Below, piece by piece: positions 62,096-63,633 of a stretch of 63,633 bases of DNA. How positions within the stretch are numbered: position 1 is the stretch's first letter; each line of letters opens with the position of its first letter. A model generated the notes under the pieces. It did not search any database and was not told the DNA's origin. It saw nothing but the letters and a program-made list of their open reading frames with translations. Origin of the DNA: Planctomycetota bacterium (GTDB lineage: Bacteria; Planctomycetota; MHYJ01; JACQXL01); assembly GCA_040753835.1 (NCBI GenBank), contig JBFMDM010000001.1:1-63633 (forward strand). The letters run 5' to 3'. Both the position numbers and the translations under genes were made by a program.

Positions 62096-62830
62096 CTATT
62101 TTTTACCCTGTCTGAATTTAACCCATACCACCGGATACATCCTCCAGATGTTCTTCCTGCTTATTTCCTTGGGCGGATATTCCGGGTTTGTGGAAATCAG
62201 GGTCGCTTTGCCGCCCTGGATTTTCACCAGTTTTACAGCGGCTTCATATTCCTTGTTGATGACCATAGCCAGCGAGCCGGACCTTGCCTCCTTGCGCGGG
62301 TCAATGACCGCATAAGAGCCGTCCGGGATGGTCGGCTCCAAACTGTCGCCCTTGATTTGCACCGCGAATATCTCCTTATAGGGCAGGTCAAAAGGCCGGG
62401 TGATTTTCTCCCAGCCCTCAATGGTCAGCAGGGCATCCGGCTCGCAGGACATCGCCTCGCCGGCCGCGGCCAGCCGCACCACCGGGATTCCGTCGTATTC
62501 CCTGGTCAGGGGATGCGGCACGTCGAATATTTTTATCTCATTGCCGTTTTTGTCGCCTTTGGAAAAGGAGGAGAGGAGTTTTTGTTTTATGCTTTGCTCG
62601 GTCTCGGCAGGAATCTCCTGCCTGGGCCAGGGTGTCTTGGCGGACTCCAGAATTACCAGGCTCATCTCTAATTGTTGTCGCAACTGGTCAGCGGGTGCGT
62701 CGGCCGAGGCGTATTTCTCCACCCATTCATCAACAGAAGGCCTCCGGCCGCTGCGGCACGCATTGTTGAATCGTTCCACAATCCGGCCAATCTTGATGGC
62801 CCTTTCCTTTTCCGTTCCTCGCTCTTTCAT
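62096..62830 (-). CDS. LexA-type S24 autopeptidase-domain protein without a recognisable HTH
   Basis: C-terminal AAGE...IKGDSLEPTIPDG...AVKLVK...LISTNPEYPP carries the Ser/Lys dyad motifs. SD AGAGGAG lies before the ATG at 62830. The N-terminus carries ERFNNACRSGRRPSVDEWVEKY. Confidence 0.75.
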   Translation of the reverse strand: MKERGTEKERAIKIGRIVERFNNACRSGRRPSVDEWVEKYASADAPADQLRQQLEMSLVILESAKTPWPRQEIPAETEQSIKQKLLSSFSKGDKNGNEIKIFDVPHPLTREYDGIPVVRLAAAGEAMSCEPDALLTIEGWEKITRPFDLPYKEIFAVQIKGDSLEPTIPDGSYAVIDPRKEARSGSLAMVINKEYEAAVKLVKIQGGKATLISTNPEYPPKEISRKNIWRMYPVVWVKFRQGKK

Positions 62831-62930
62831 AATCCTCACTCCTCTTGCCGGCTGTTAATCCGTCAGGATCTTACAGCCAGTTATCCCGACAGTTTTTATC
62901 GGGAGCCTCTCTTTTCCTTCCTTATCATAA

Positions 62931-63596
62931 TTATTCCAATTCTCTGCCTGTAGCGGCGTCCAGGCACAGCCGCCGGGCCAAACGGTCTCTTAAGGCCTGT
63001 CGGGCCTGGCTCAGTCGCCAGTAAATCTCGGTCTCGGCAATCCCGCAAAGCCGCGAAATATCCTCTGCCGAACAATTCTGCCAGTAGGCCAGATAAATTA
63101 CCCACGAAGACATCCTCGGCAGTTTGAGAATCTCCTCCTGGATAATCTCCCTGCTCTCCCGGTTGACCAGCCGCTCCAGGATACCGGGCTTCTCGCATTT
63201 TTCAGGAATGGTCTGGCCCAATGAAACCGGATTGTCGTCCTCATCCTGCCCGACCTCCTTGTCAAGCGAGGCGAACGAGAATTTTTGCTGTATGAAAATG
63301 GCCGAATAATGTCCGATGATGCCGTGCGGCGCGCCGAAGCCCAGGTAGGCGCGGCCTAAAAGCGCCTTGACTGACTTGCCCTTGAAATTCCCGATGGCCT
63401 TGATAGCCCTTTGCCAGACCTCGGAGCAGAAATCGGCGACATCGGCCGCTCGGTTCGGCGGAATCAAATGCCTTGCTTCATCAGCCACATATTTCTTATA
63501 TCTCTCATATACATTTATAACAGCGTCATCTTTTTTCTTTGGGTCTTCCTTAATCAGCCGGATTAACTCCGCATCTGAATATTTCTTGTCAGGCAT
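62931..63596 (-). CDS. ECF-like sigma-70 family factor
   Basis: Region 2-like FCSEVWQRAIKAIGNFKG and region 4-like VIYLAYWQNCSAEDISRLCGIAETEIYWRLSQARQALRDRL. It has the same AAGGAG-ATGTTTATG start context as 31638/31644. Confidence 0.65.
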   Translation of the reverse strand: MPDKKYSDAELIRLIKEDPKKKDDAVINVYERYKKYVADEARHLIPPNRAADVADFCSEVWQRAIKAIGNFKGKSVKALLGRAYLGFGAPHGIIGHYSAIFIQQKFSFASLDKEVGQDEDDNPVSLGQTIPEKCEKPGILERLVNRESREIIQEEILKLPRMSSWVIYLAYWQNCSAEDISRLCGIAETEIYWRLSQARQALRDRLARRLCLDAATGRELE

Positions 63597-63633
63597 AAAC
63601 ATCTCCTTGTATAATCGGCGCCATTCGTTTGAA

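Overview
This 63.6-kb chromosomal segment comes from a diderm bacterium, shown by LptD, OMP barrels, T2SS pseudopilins GspG-M and CsgG-like lipoproteins. An ECF-type sigma next to a Ser/Thr kinase and some N-terminal motifs hint at a PVC-like or candidate-phylum lineage, but taxonomy cannot be settled from the sequence alone. The housekeeping backbone is rex, tsaD, S41 protease, gcvH-gcvPA-gcvPB, an htrA-like protease, trxA, ndk, prfA-prmC, rpmH (missed by the ORF track), coaD, ugd, lptD and tRNA-Arg(CCG). Four things stand out. (1) A two-gene module of unknown function recurs. It pairs A, a ~265-aa soluble protein, with B, an 11-residue-repeat fibre-like protein with a highly conserved C-terminal domain. 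Copies lie at 27063-28837 and 59465-61438, with a third B copy at 1-377. The second copy sits behind an ECF-like sigma, a LexA-type S24 peptidase and small ORFs. (2) An AT-rich island at 29.6-31.6 kb carries a tight ABC/AAA_21-type ATPase, small Toprim-like protein and PD-(D/E)XK nuclease operon, a candidate anti-phage system of AbiL/PARIS/OLD-like architecture. (3) The DNA is saturated with small palindromic or MITE-like elements. One ~95-bp family (termini CCCCGCACATAA/TTATGTGCGGGG) brackets a GIY-YIG nuclease gene and is inserted in-frame exactly at the prepilin cleavage site of two pseudopilin genes. GC-rich hairpin modules are also inserted in-frame into conserved enzymes (tsaD, gcvPA, MBL hydrolase, acyl-CoA synthetase), reminiscent of Rickettsia palindromic elements. 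(4) A perfect 88-bp inverted repeat flanks a gene for a secreted, extremely charged D/R/E/K-repeat protein. All family calls come from motif reading by eye and no database search was possible.
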